From Basidiobolus meristosporus CBS 931.73 (Eukaryota; Fungi; Basidiobolomycota), in contig MCFE01000340.1 in NCBI GenBank assembly GCA_002104905.1, positions 1 through 64,000 on the forward strand: 64,000 nucleotides of DNA, given 5' to 3'. Of the stretch, positions 13,183-24,877 are shown piece after piece. Numbering within the stretch: position 1 is the first letter of the stretch; each line of letters opens with the position of its first letter. Under the pieces are notes generated by a model, which was given only the letters and a program-made list of their open reading frames with translations, did not search any database and had not been told where the DNA came from. The position numbers and the translations under genes were made by a program.

Positions 13183-15130
13183 CTGCTACTCAACTGAATG
13201 TTCATGCTGACTAAGTTATTCTCTATAGCTTCATGTATGAAATGACATCTGATATCATTGTGCTTAGTTTGCACATGAAAAGTTGGATTTCTACCCAATT
13301 GTATACATCCTTGATTATCTTCAAACAAAGTAATAGGTGTTTTTTGATAAAAGCCTAAATATTTAAAAAGCTTTCTTGACCACATTACTTCTTTTGTAAG
13401 CCTACAAGCTGGCACATACTTGGCCCCTGTGTTAGAAAGTATCACAGTTGATTGCTTTTTGAATTGCAGGAAATTGCTTTTTGATAGTAAAGAAAGATGC
13501 ATCCTGTGATGGATCTTCTGTCTTCTAAATTCTGTCCCCAATCAAAATCAGTATATCCTACAAGAACTTATTTTGAATCCTTACAGGTGAACCCTAAGCA
13601 GATATTGGCAGTTCCTTTTAAGTATCAAAGAATCTGCTTTACTGCTGTAATATGATCAGATTCATAGTTCTGAATATACTGGCTGACAACTCCCACTGAA
13701 TATAAGATATCTGGATGTACTCCAAGCATGATATACATCAGCATGCCAACCATAGACTGATAAGGAAAGTCAGGGCTCTCAGATGGCACCAAACTCTCTT
13801 GATTTGGTTGAGTTTTGACAAGGTTGAGGTTTATCTCCACTGGGGTAGCTAGCAATTTACAGTCTTCCATTTGGTATATCTTGAAAATACTGGGACTGGC
13901 TTAGGGTGAAACTCTGGGTACCTCTGTCTATGGGGAACTTTATCCCTAAATAATATCTGAGCTCTCCTAGATTGAACATCTGGAACACCTTAGATAGGCA
14001 GGATCCAGTCTCTCCCAATATTTATAGGTTATTGGTGGCTCTAATACAATCATCTACCTATAGAGCTGATAGAACTGGATTTGCTCTATTTGGCATGTAG
14101 CTGATATTATAGTCAGCAATACTCTTTTGGAAGCTCAAAGATTCCAAACAAGAATCTATCTTGCAATTCTAGGCTCTTGGTGATTGCTTGAGTCCATATA
14201 GAGATTTTGTAAGCTTACAGACCAAATGTGATTTATCTTGGTCAGCACACCCATCAGGCTGGTCCATTTACACATCCACATCAGGTTCTCAGTTCCCCAA
14301 TGCAGCTTTTACATCCATCTAATGTATAAAACACTTGAATTAGTTGCAACAGCCAATATTAATCTGAAGGAATTAAACCTGCCTACTGGTGCAAAGATCT
14401 CAGTATAGTCAAGTCCTTTTGTTTGAGAGTATCTATTAGCTACAAGTCTTGCTTTGTATCTTTCAATTTTATTGTTCAGCCTGGTATTTTGCCTTAAAGA
14501 CCCATCTGCATCTAATTTTCTGGAGGCTTTTTGGGGCCTCTTTTAGAGTATGGGGTTGATGAATAGGTACTGAACTAGCATAGGATAAGTTTGTACCCTC
14601 ATTGATATAGTAATTTGGGCTATCTCTAGTCTGGTTGGATCTCCTGCTTTGCAACACTGGAATAATCACTTCTAGGATATCCCTGGACCTCAATTCAGGA
14701 TGAATCAAGGTTGTATAGTCCTCTGGAGGGAAATATTCTTCATTGTTCTGATCTGATTCAATCCTGACAATTGGTGGACTTGAGATCAGATGTTTGTCAT
14801 CATCTGATGTCATTTTTGGTGAAATTTTTGAATTCTCTTCAAACACCACATCACTGGACCTGAACAGCTTCTTTGCTTTGGTATTGCAGTGTCTGTATGC
14901 CTTAATCTCATTGGAATAGCCCAAAAAATTTCATTTTGCACTTTTTAGCTCATATTTTGGCTGATTTTTAAGCAGCTTAGCATATGCTGTGCACCCAAAT
15001 ATTTTTAGAAGTTCTGTAATTGGTCAGTATCTATAACATGCATTGGATGGAGTAGAATCACCAAGGATTCTGCTATAGCTCCTGTTTTTGAGATATACAG
15101 CTGTATCAATGCTCAATGGAAAATATTTGT
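13183..15130 (-). pseudogene. Copia pol 3' part (integrase C-terminus, RT, RNase H) with stops and frameshifts
   Basis: Fragments DTAVYLKNRS...KIFGCTAY, MGYSNEIKAYR...FRSSDVVFEE, IRCRWVFKAKY, MEDCKLLATPVE and TKHNDIRCHFIHEAIE. Confidence 0.9.
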
Positions 15131-15159
15131 GATGATCCCATCAAGAGGCCATCACCAAA

Positions 15160-15440
15160 TTATAGTCCTGTGACTAAAAAGTATGATCCCATCACAGCAC
15201 TGTGCAAAGACCTTTGAAAATAATTACACCCTAGATTGCACAAAAAACTTGTCAATATTCTTACCACAATGATACCTAAGTGGCTTTTGATTGATCATCT
15301 TCCAATTCTCTTGCTTTGTGATCCCAGAAACTCAATCACCTCCTACATTTATGTAAATTAATTGGCTATTGCCTCGTTCACACTCCTTACTTCCTGACTT
15401 CACCAATTCTCTTTTCATGATTATGAATTGGCCAATTTCC
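15160..15440 (-). repeat. Family C 3'-end fragment, inverted
   Basis: The reverse complement matches 45100-45365, 57040-57305 and 59970-60230 (gtcaggaagtaaggagtg...gaggcaatagccaat...aaaagccactta...tagtcacaggac). Confidence 0.85.
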
Positions 15441-15444
15441 TTTC

Positions 15445-15645
15445 AGTTAGGGATTGTGGCTCAATAGTTTTCTCTTGACAAGCTTATGGCTTAATTCCAC
15501 TTCACATTAGAGCAGAGAGAGAAACCTAAGTATTCCTTGCAAGCTTTTTCCAGAGGTTATTGCACCCAGTGAACACCACACACACAAAACACTTGAGAAG
15601 TGCCAGATGTATCACTCCCTTGGACATGTGCACCACCAGACCATA
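15445..15645. repeat. LTR family B 5' fragment, inverted relative to 46817-47888
   Basis: The reverse complement matches 46817-47010 (cacttctcaagtgttttgtgtgtg..gtgttcactgggtgcaataacctctgg..aaaagcttg). Confidence 0.85.
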
Positions 15646-15649
15646 CTTG

Positions 15650-16700
15650 TCACCTTGAACAAAAGGAGTCAGGTGAGTTTGTGTCACCTTTAGGCTCATC
15701 TCAGCCTTTTGAAAATGGCATGCAGAGTGAGAGCTCTTCAGAAGAAGGCTCACTGATGGATTGTGAGCCTATCTCCTGTAATAACAATACCCTGCATGAG
15801 CCCAGTAATATCCCAATATGCAATAAGACAATATCTACAGAAAAAAATGCCAAGGATACTCTATGGAGCAAAGTGTGCCCAGTAATCCAACTACTGGTGA
15901 GAAATCTGATATTGTGGCTAAAGAAGTGATACATTACCACAAATATCAGTAATGGGGGCTTTGAGGATTTACTACTACTTCTTGCCAAAATCATTCTGGA
16001 TTGCAACTTACAATGTATGTGGTACAAATGGACAACTGTCATGTGGGCAACATATGACCCAGAGATTTACATGATACCAGCATGCATCAACAGTTGCATG
16101 GCATTCACATCAGAAAATGCCACCATTGCAAGGTGTCCAGCATGTCAGGAATCCCCTACCATTGGAAGAAAGCATTTTTAACACTCTGGATATGTTCCAG
16201 TAATACCCCATCTAAAGAAGCTCATGGATTCTGTCAAATATTGTGAAGCTATAAAGTACCTAACTGAGTATCAATCAAGCATAAATATTCCCAATATATT
16301 TGATGGCAAACATTGCATTCAACTAAGAAGCAAGGGCCACCTTGAAAGAATATATGGCCATACCTTTGCCTTGGCACTAGATGGACTCTCATTAAACAAG
16401 CACTCTACAAGCAAATCCTGCCTGCCACTAATTCTCATCAACCTTAATCTGCTGCCTATCTTATGGTATCAGAGCAGAAATCTGATTGAAGTCTCACTGG
16501 TATCTGGGCCTAAATCTCTGTTCAACCTGGACAGCTACCAGTAGCCATTGCTGGATGAATTTTGTATGCTTTCCAGTAGGATACTACTAAATGGCCATTA
16601 TATCAAAGTGCTACCATTTTACCTCAGACCTGCTATCAAGGAGTTTTTCAGGGTAGTGCCCAAGACACACAGAAGCTTTTGGAGATACTTGGATCACCCA
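15650..16700 (+). pseudogene. CACTA/En-Spm (CMC, tnp2/Transposase_21-like) transposase remnant
   Basis: CINSCMAFTSENATIARCPACQE (~16085-16150) and FALALDGLSL...SCLPLILINLNLLP..WYQSRN...SGPKSLFNLDSYQ*PLLDE are hallmark tnp2 blocks. Several stops are present. Confidence 0.8.
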
Positions 16701-17832
16701 GGAAGCTAGAGAAGCAGGAGCTTTTACCATTATGACAAATCAACAAAGACTCCAGCAGTTTTGACCTGGAGGCTATTAGACTTGTTGCTTTGTACCATGC
16801 CAGGGTGTGTGGTGCATGGCATGATCTGTAGTTGCAAAGAACACTTGGGCACAAAATTGTAGCTACCAGTGGGCAGGATTACTCTTGGACAATCTTTAGA
16901 ATTGTGGCACAATCTAACATGATGAGGTTGGCACAGATGATTGATCCCACTTGTAATATTTGCATCATGTGCACAATCAGATATCACTGTTGTGGTAGGT
17001 AATATCCGGTATTTGAATATGTTTCCTTAATGTAAATGGTAATAAATGCATATCACACTTTAAATTATAGTGACACTTACCATTTTGGTTATCATCACTC
17101 TGATTGGACAGTATTTCAATGGTTGATTGGTCTAAAAGTATCCTGAAGCTGTCAGCCCCCAATTGGCCTATTGACCAATGCACAAGTTACCTGATTTGCC
17201 ATCAAATATTCCGTTTTGCCCATTGAGCAAGTAAGTACTGGATCTTAGTGATTTGAAAAGGTTTCATAGCAAGCATGCAACCAATTGTGTAGGTGCAAAT
17301 TAGATAAAATAGCTGCACAAGTGTTACAGAAGATGTATATATATGCACAGTGCTTATTATAGGGGCTCTGTTGCAAATCTGAGACAACCTTGATATTACT
17401 TATATCAAGTGTTTAGTGACCACTGATTTGTAATGGCTTGATTCAGATTGCAAAAAAAATGCACTGTTGGGATAATAACAAATGCTAACAATTCAATGCA
17501 ATTGCATAATCTTCTCCTAGGTTATTTTCTCACATGGATTACTATTGAGGCATTTGGTAGTGATTTGCTTTGCATACCTGAGCTACTTCCTTGTTGACTA
17601 TCATCTTTGCTACTTGTGTATTTGTAGTCAGTATTTTGCCTCCTATTTGATGAGTGCAATTCTGGAGCTTGGCTGAATTGCTCCAGATGATATAACAGAA
17701 CCAGCCTGAAGTGCCATGCACTGGCATGTTCTTTTACTTGCCAAAGGCTCTGGTGGTTGAGGCACTTCATGTGGGTCACTGTGAGCTGGTTCACCAGAAG
17801 TAACTTGCTGCTGGTCAGGTGAAACAGCATGC

Positions 17833-18545
17833 TGTGGTGGTGTAGAGGTACTTCTGGGAGAAGCTACACAACTCAAGGTGTGTGAGATATCTGATGGGTG
17901 CAATAACCTTGGGGTCTAAGCTGCTGGTATCTTTGCCAATGTGTCACTATGGTAAAAGCTCCTGCTTCTCAAACTTCTTATATGCTCCAAGTGTCTCCAA
18001 AGGCCTCTGTGTGTCCTGTGCACTACCTTGAAAAGCTCATTGATGGCAGGTCTGAGGTGTAACTGTTGAAGGTAGGTGCAGTGGTCAACTGCTAATCAAT
18101 AAGGGAGAAGTGTTACTGATAGAAGAGATGATTTATTGTCAGGGATTGACTTCCCTTAACTACTTTTCCAGATTGCCAAGCAATTATTAATGGCAAGGTT
18201 CTAGAAGATTCTAGGCATCAGTGGAATTCTGGATGACAGCACTGTGAGCTGAAAATACTCCAAGAAGGTACTGGAGGGTTCTAAATGGCACAGAACATCC
18301 AACCAATCAAGGATCAGTAGTCTGAAACCAGTGTAACATAGAGACACTATATATGGCATTGAAATGGTAGGGATGGTAACACAGACTTAGGTCATGTCTC
18401 AGGGGTACTGGTGTGGGTACTTGCCTAATGTAGATACATATACTGATTACAAAGCTGAATAATATCTAGCATAACTAATGCTAAAAACTAATCAGGAATA
18501 ACACCAAATGGGGATAATACTAATAATAAGGGTGAGCTCCCTGAA
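17833..18545. repeat. LTR family B copy, 3'-truncated
   Basis: Starts TGTGGTGGTGTAGAGG and is homologous along its length to 46817-47850 (acatccaaccaatca.gga.tcagta.tctgaaacc.gtgtaacat; ggtacttgcctaat). Confidence 0.8.
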
Positions 18546-18559
18546 CCTAGACAGAGCTT

Positions 18560-19540
18560 CCTCCTTTTTCTGAATGACAAGATCTATGTGTATCTTACAT
18601 AATAATTAATCAAAGTGATTAAATTCCTCATCCTACTTTGCTTCCAGGTATGATGCAATAAAAGTCAACATTTACAGACTCAGATCCCTGATACCCAAAG
18701 CAATATAAGCACCATTTTGATCAGTGATCCTTCATCCAGAAATGCCAAAGCTGAAATGAGTCCTTGGGCAGTGGACTTGCTTACAGATAGCAGATTCTTG
18801 GCTATTTCTGTACAAGAATACTTCTTTGAAGGCAAAGGTATGGCTTCCTTCATTGCTTCTAAGGCTTACTTGGATAGTTCCTTCTCCAACTGCTTCAAGT
18901 GCTTATTTTCACCCATGAAAACCTTCTTGGTTGGAGTTTCTTGATATTGGGTAAAAAGTTGTTTTTGGTGAGTAAAGTGTTGAGATGCTCCATAGATAAT
19001 ATACCATGTCTGGGAACTCTTGTTTGGAGTCATATTTAGAGCAGATACAAACAGTCTATCTTTAGTTGTTGCAGCATTTCCATATTCAGGCTTTTTCACT
19101 TCAGTAGCTGATATGCCCACAGATTCCATCTAATCAATTTTGTTGATAAGATTTTCATTTCATCACCTGGCAGCATATTTGTAATAAAGAAATTTTGTCT
19201 GAGATAAATTCCCTTAGCAGCTGAACATGACTGATATGTGTCTTCTAATGCCTCCCAGGCATTCTTTGCTGTTTTTGCTCTTCAGCATTGAATGAGTAAT
19301 TTATCTTTAACATTAAAGCAAATGCAGTGAATGGCCTTTGCTCTTGCATATGGTACTTTACAGTTTCTTCTCATACATGTTTAGGAGGGCATTCTTCTCC
19401 CATGACAATATCCCAAAGGCCTCTTTCTTGTAGCAGCATCTTCATCTTCACCTTCCACACATGGTAGTTAGATCCATCTAACTTTTTAGCAGAGGGAAAA
19501 ATTCCAGTAATAGCAGTAGTAACTATTGCAGAGAGTGATA
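18560..19540 (-). pseudogene. Copia gag, protease and integrase N-terminal part
   Basis: KLDGSNYHVWKVKMKMLLQERGLWDIVMGEE (gag UBN2-like), WYIIYGASQHFTHQKQLF (degenerate DSGAS), LITLINYYVRYT (degenerate TLIDDYSRYT). The integrase core between ~15130 and ~18560 is missing. Confidence 0.85.
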
Positions 19541-19544
19541 GTGT

Positions 19545-19556
19545 GGGCTCATAACC
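19545..19556 (-). other. Copia primer-binding site GGTTATGAGCCC (Drosophila-copia-like half-tRNA-iMet type)
   Basis: Lies immediately 3' of the 5' LTR end CAACA on the minus strand and closely resembles the GGTTATGGGCCC PBS known for copia. Confidence 0.7.
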
Positions 19557-19787
19557 TGTTGTAAAAGTCTTGGAGATATTGGAAGTGATTGAAAGAAGTA
19601 GATTATGTGGTTTTTGTTTAATGATTCATTCAAAGTAAAAGCAGTATTTATACTTTAACATGGTCATGATATATTCTAGGTAAGTCACAACAAGAAATTT
19701 GGTCAGTATTCTCTAGGATTTGTAGATAATGAACAAAATAACTAGGTTAGGTGAATATTTAGGTGGAGTTACAAGCTGTTTACAACA
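19557..19787 (-). repeat. Copia 5' LTR (family A), 231 bp, internally deleted
   Basis: Perfect inverted termini TGTTGTAA...TTACAACA. About 120 bp shorter than the 3' LTR and clearly diverged from it. Confidence 0.9.
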
Positions 19788-20196
19788 CAAACAATAGTAC
19801 ATAGCCACAGGGTTCCTGCTATGCTTACAGAAGGCATCAATTCAGAGACACTTATTGAATACTAGACACCAATGGAGTTACTTATTAAGTACAAGATTTA
19901 GATCACTATTGATATTTGGTGGAGGGGCTTGTATCAGTCAGAACAATATAGGATTGAGTTGCATTTGCAGTGCCAACAACATAAAATCAATCAGTAGGCA
20001 TCAAAGGCAATATTGCCAGCAGAGTCAGCAAGTAAGGAGTGTAAAAAGGAGGATATAACCAACCAATGCACATAGATATAGGAGCAAATTGAGTGTTCAA
20101 GCTCAGGATGCCAGAGAAAAGGCAGAGAACCAAGCAATCAAAGCTTGTGTGCCATTAAGTCAAAAAATTTTAACTAGGTGTTTTTGACATTGATAT
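19788..20196 (+). repeat. Family C repeat, right half of the copy split by copia
   Basis: Joins 12832 seamlessly across TSD CAAAC and matches 44870-45260 (cttattgaat...aatggagttacttatt; gtaaggagtgtaaaaagg). Confidence 0.75.
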
Positions 20197-20201
20197 GAGT
20201 T

Positions 20202-20549
20202 TGTTGTAAGAGTTCTTGGAGATATTGGAAGTGATTGGGAGAACAAGTAGATTATGTGGTTTTCACTCAATGATTTATTGAATGTAAAAGTAGTATTTAT
20301 ACTTTTACATGGTTTTGGCATAACAAACACGTAGAATAGGCTAAGGAAGGTCCCAAGAACATGTGTGCAAAGTTTGGGGCTGTTTGGACAACTTATCAAA
20401 TTTTCAATTGTGGGTACCTGGTATTTTGGTGAAATTTTCTAAGTAAATCCCGACAAGGAACTTGGTCAGTATTCTCTAGGATTTGAAGGTAATGATCCAA
20501 GTGACTAAGTTAGGTGAATATTTAGGTGGAATTCCGAATTTTTACAACA
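20202..20549. repeat. Solo LTR of copia family A, 348 bp
   Basis: TGTTGTAA...TTACAACA flanked by 5-bp TSD GAGTT (20197-20201 and 20550-20554). Confidence 0.95.
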
Positions 20550-20554
20550 GAGTT

Positions 20555-20940
20555 AATGTTACTTATGCTTACATACCTACTAAACCATTATGTATAGACA
20601 AGTCTGAATACTCTATATCACAGTTAAGCTTTACTGATGTGTTCATGGACATAAAGGCCAAGTTTGAATATAACACTCACACTCAGTAGATCATCAAATG
20701 AAAAACAAATAGTCATTAATTGACACAATCACATCCAGTATTACCAAAGCTCTGATAATAAGAAAAATCACATATTGTAGTCAATTATAAATTTACAAGT
20801 ACATCCATTATCCAAGCCACCCATCTTAGTGGTAGTATTCCAAGTAAGCTCCAGTAGACATATTAGCCAGGTGACATCAAAGCTCATAGACTAGGTTCTA
20901 GCTGAATAGATCCTAGAGAAGGAAGATTTTGAAGCATCAA
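20555..20940 (+). mobile_element. Possible non-LTR (LINE) RT thumb-region fragment
   Basis: DVFMDIKAKFEYNTH resembles the GVxLDxxLxFxxH block and ITKALIIRKITYC resembles the YKSLIRSKLxY block. The region is CpG-poor and has multiple stops. Confidence 0.35.
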
Positions 20941-22369
20941 TTACCGGACGGGACTTGTGTGACTGTATCTCAAACAAGCAAAAATGCAACGGTAAACAAA
21001 AAGCTCCGGAATATTCTAGGTCACTCATCAAAACCAGGAGAGGAATGCCTGTAACTCAGCAGCTTACAATCACTCCAAGGGGAATTGTGTATTTGTACGA
21101 TTTCTACTGGTTATTCCGTTGTGCTAAGATTCTTGACCATCATCCGGGCATCCTACTGCTGGTACCAACACTTTCATTGGTTATGGGCCGAGGGGTTCCA
21201 GTAAAGGAAGGCCTCGGTATCCAGTGCCTACAGCACAATGAAGAACGCTACGCCATGCCCTTGGGGTGCATCCATCATCGACAGCGCGATCATTGACTAC
21301 TTTTGGTGAAGGAACTGCGACCGGCATTTAGAGCATAGGCAGACGCTAATCGGGATAACAGATTGGAGGAATCTTCACCAATGGATCTAGCCCTTGAATG
21401 CATCCCCATGGTGTGAAGAATCCGCCAATTTCCCAGCCTACCCCGATGATGGCCAACAACCGGATTCATAGTGCGGCAGGTGTGCAGGAGTACGTTTATC
21501 GTGTGGTGAGTTCTCCAGCTGCACGAGTTCACGATAGACAACTGAAAGGCACTTCGGTTGGAATCGGATTCCTACCCAACGTTCGATAGAGAAGTAGTAC
21601 TTGGTCTCTCTAGCATGTTTGGTGGCGTTGGTGTTCGGGATGCGGTGTTTTAGCCCATCACTCAACGGCGATACAGCACTCGGTGGCCCTGGATCAGATT
21701 CGTAGTGCACGTATTGGCAGTAAAGCGTGTGGGTGACGAATATAATTGGTGCTGTTCAAGATGGGGCCTATTTGCGAAGTCAGACAATGGTCAGCCTCTT
21801 ATGGTACTCGTCTCACTGGGCCATATCTATCTGGAGGTTGAGTCAAAGAGATGGTAGGCACACCACGGAAATCGACCGTGAATCCTACCAGCGTGGAAAT
21901 GAAACGACCAACCCGGTCTTGAAACATACCCTGTAGAAGTTCAAAGCAATCAGCTTCAGGCCTGTTGCGGCTTATCACCGCCATCAGCTGTCGAGTAAAT
22001 CATATGCTACAGTTGGGTGGGGATTGCAGCGGTGCACAAGGCCTAGATACCAGACATAAGAACCAAATGAGAGATCCACTTGATAATATCCTTTCCATCT
22101 GCCGTGGCAACATCAGTCAGTCGTCAGTCGGTGGTATGCATACCAATTGATGCCAGTGCCGGCTGTAGTACAACAGAACAAAGGAATGATCTTGGATGGA
22201 GCATAGTTACGTAAGACAAGGGGCCAATTTATTTTCATTGCAAATCGGTGGGATTCAAATGGGGTATGAATGGGATACTAGAAGCATAGGAACGAACTAT
22301 CTAGGTGTTACGGAGGGAAAGCTCAAAAAATTAGTCATGGAAGATGCAATATGTAGATGACTGCGAGCA

Positions 22370-24877
22370 TTATTGTTCTTCGGAGTTATCAAACAATGTT
22401 TTGAAGGAGAACGGCGTGAATTTGTGGCCAGACCCCTCGTAGAACTTTCCATTGAACTCTACCCAATGGAGACGTAGGGCGTGAAGGAATGCTGATAGAC
22501 CCTCCATGACCAACAAAATACCAAGCGTAAGCACAAACCAGATGGTGAATCCAAGGAAGATGCTGACGATATTCAATGGGAACGCCATCGAATAGCAGAG
22601 CTCCAGAATCATTTCCCACAGGACCGATGAAAGCTGTGCGTGAGCAAGAGAAAGGGCCCAGAGACGTAGGTAGGAGGCAGTATTGGAGATACAGTTAAGA
22701 CAGTATTCGATGGTATGGATGACTTGGTGAATCATGATCTCTCCAAAGTCGAAGGGCTCTTCTTCCTCCATCTCCTCGGTAAAGATCTGGTTCACTTCCT
22801 CGCTACCTTCACCATTCTCACCATCGGTGATCTTGGGTGGATCGTTGGGCTTGGTGGCATCATTGGCGACGTGATGAGTCTTCCTCTTGTTTCTACTCTT
22901 CAGAACCAATGGTTTGGCGAGAAGCATCCATGGAACGCACACAAGGGCAATGAGAATCAGGGCCAGTTGAACGGTGCCCTGCCCAGGATAGAGTTGATCC
23001 TTCTCTTCAACGGACCCGGGACTGAGGAACATATAGATAAGCATGTTCAACAAACTCGGTGGAGAGATAGAACTGTTGCTCCAGTTGGTCAACCACTTGT
23101 AGATGATCGTTACACTCAAATATCCGAAAATGCAGAGCATGAAAAGAATCTGAGGGATAAACTCAGCCCAGATGGCGAACTTGTGGTTGAAGTGTACGTG
23201 GTTATAGTTAGTAAGGATAACACCGAAGGACATCTGCAGCACGCCAAAGATAACTGACATCTTCATCTTGTAGGAGTTGGTGAACAGCAAGAAGTTGTCA
23301 GTGTGATGCCAGGCGTGATCAAGGCCGAAGTAGTATGTGCCACCAACATATCTGGCTTCCACGGGCTGCTTTTCCGCGGTAGGAACAGGCCATTCCCAAC
23401 TAGAAGGGGCCAGGTGCATACCACGGGAGAAGATATCATTGTAAATGAAACCTGTGTAGATGGAAAACAGGCCCATTAACAGGATAATATACCGCCCATC
23501 GTACATCATCGAGAACATTTCGCCACCACTGAATTTCTTCAAGGCCTTCTCTTTGTAGCACATCCAGCCAGCAATAGCACTCAGGATGATTCCGTGGCCT
23601 AAATCACCGAACATCACGGCGAACAAGAAGGGGAAAGAGATCACTGTGAAAAGACCAGGGTTGACTTCCCCGTATCTTGCTATACCGTAGGCATCAACAA
23701 TGCTCTGGAAGCCTGAGGAAAACTTGTTGACTCGGTGGTATGTAGGGGGAGTTTTCTTCGTTTGAAGCTCGCTCATGATTGGGTATACGGAAGCTCCAGC
23801 ATTTTCAGAGGCCTCCTTCAAAGTAGATTGGAGGTCCTTCAATTCATTGGTAGGACACCAACCCTCGGCAATCAAGCACTTCCGGTTACGATCGTAATTG
23901 AACAAATTCATGACGTGGTACAGGGCCTTTTCCTTCTTCACAACATTGAACCATGCTGAGAGGTCATTCGAGATCTTGCTTAGCTCATCACGACGGGTCT
24001 GGTTGTTGCTCTCCATAATGTTCTTGATGTCTTCAATCCTGGCTGAGATACGGATGGCATGAGCACGTCTTTCTTCAGGGGTGTCGTCGATAGGATACAA
24101 TGAAGCGCCCATTGCTTCAGCGGTTTTTCTGATCTTGGCCAACAGCTCCTTACCGTGGGAGAAGATAATGAATACGTTCTTGTCGATGTTGGAGTCGGAA
24201 TGAGCATCCCAAAGGGGCTCGGCGATTTCGCTCTGCTTCATGAAAAGGTTACCACGCAGACTTCTCCAAAGAATCCTCTCGAACGTATTGATCTTCTGGC
24301 GAGGCATGACGCCAGCAACAAAGCCCACTGCGGGGTGTGATGATGGCTCACCAGCCTCTACATCAGTGGTGAGCAATGCGCGAGTCTGGGGGACATCAAC
24401 AGATGAACGGACAATCTCACTCTCTTGAGCATGAGCTTCTTGAAAGAATACCCCAGTTTCCTGAAGCACAAGATGCTGCTCAATCAGTTCATAATACTGC
24501 TTCTGCAGGATGCTGTAGGATGAGTTCAGCTGCAGGATACGTTGTTCGTTTTCGTTCAGAAGCTCGTGGAGGTCATCAATCTCTCGGATTGTGCGAGGAC
24601 GGGCGACCTCGGGACTGTCGTACTCACATGCGGGGATGGGGATATCTTGCTTCTCCGCCTCTTCGGATAGGATGCGGAGCTGCCTTTCGAGATCATCCAG
24701 CTTTTTGATCTCAGACACGAAGGAACGTTGGAAGGAACTCAAGCTAGGATTGAGATCACGAAACTGAATGAGCCCTTTCTCTCCCAGGTGGGAAACAGTG
24801 ATACGGGAGACTTCGCTCGGGATGAAGAGCTGGATGAGTGACATCTCCTCAGAGCGGAAAAGGGTAGAAGGAGCCAT
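22370..24877 (-). CDS. VPH1: V-type H+-ATPase V0 subunit a (Vph1/Stv1 family), 835 aa, no introns
   Basis: LFRSEEMSLIQLFIP, QFRDLNP, PPTYHRVNKF, YGEVNPG, FPFLFAVMFGDLGHG, NSYKMKMSV, IHQVIHTIEYCLNCISNTASYLRLWALSLAHAQLS (with the essential Arg) and LRLHWVEF. Confidence 0.98.
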   Translation of the reverse strand: MAPSTLFRSEEMSLIQLFIPSEVSRITVSHLGEKGLIQFRDLNPSLSSFQRSFVSEIKKLDDLERQLRILSEEAEKQDIPIPACEYDSPEVARPRTIREIDDLHELLNENEQRILQLNSSYSILQKQYYELIEQHLVLQETGVFFQEAHAQESEIVRSSVDVPQTRALLTTDVEAGEPSSHPAVGFVAGVMPRQKINTFERILWRSLRGNLFMKQSEIAEPLWDAHSDSNIDKNVFIIFSHGKELLAKIRKTAEAMGASLYPIDDTPEERRAHAIRISARIEDIKNIMESNNQTRRDELSKISNDLSAWFNVVKKEKALYHVMNLFNYDRNRKCLIAEGWCPTNELKDLQSTLKEASENAGASVYPIMSELQTKKTPPTYHRVNKFSSGFQSIVDAYGIARYGEVNPGLFTVISFPFLFAVMFGDLGHGIILSAIAGWMCYKEKALKKFSGGEMFSMMYDGRYIILLMGLFSIYTGFIYNDIFSRGMHLAPSSWEWPVPTAEKQPVEARYVGGTYYFGLDHAWHHTDNFLLFTNSYKMKMSVIFGVLQMSFGVILTNYNHVHFNHKFAIWAEFIPQILFMLCIFGYLSVTIIYKWLTNWSNSSISPPSLLNMLIYMFLSPGSVEEKDQLYPGQGTVQLALILIALVCVPWMLLAKPLVLKSRNKRKTHHVANDATKPNDPPKITDGENGEGSEEVNQIFTEEMEEEEPFDFGEIMIHQVIHTIEYCLNCISNTASYLRLWALSLAHAQLSSVLWEMILELCYSMAFPLNIVSIFLGFTIWFVLTLGILLVMEGLSAFLHALRLHWVEFNGKFYEGSGHKFTPFSFKTLFDNSEEQ

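Larger units (their letters stand above)
12833..19787 (-). mobile_element. Decayed Ty1/copia LTR retrotransposon carrying a ~3.4 kb nested insertion
   Basis: LTRs at 19557-19787 and 12833-13182, with 5-bp TSD CAAAC at 12828-12832 and 19788-19792. Minus-strand order is gag (LDGSNYHVWKVKMKMLLQERGLWDIV), PR (WYIIYGASQHFT), IN, RT (PYQSMVGMLMYIMLGVHPDI), RNase H (LFEDNQGCIQL), which is copia domain order. Confidence 0.95.

Noticed and set aside
20955-21030. LCDCISNKQKCNGKQ as a Zn2Cys6 cluster
   Set aside because: Only three cysteines with wrong spacing, and no continuing ORF resembling a transcription factor.
22389-24708. Overlapping and antisense ORFs on VPH1 (and similarly on the kinase, spectraplakin-like, PUS7 and Ty3 pol regions, e.g. 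the 293-aa ORF at 49991-50872)
   Set aside because: These are shadow ORFs arising from codon bias of the real coding strand and have no independent motifs.
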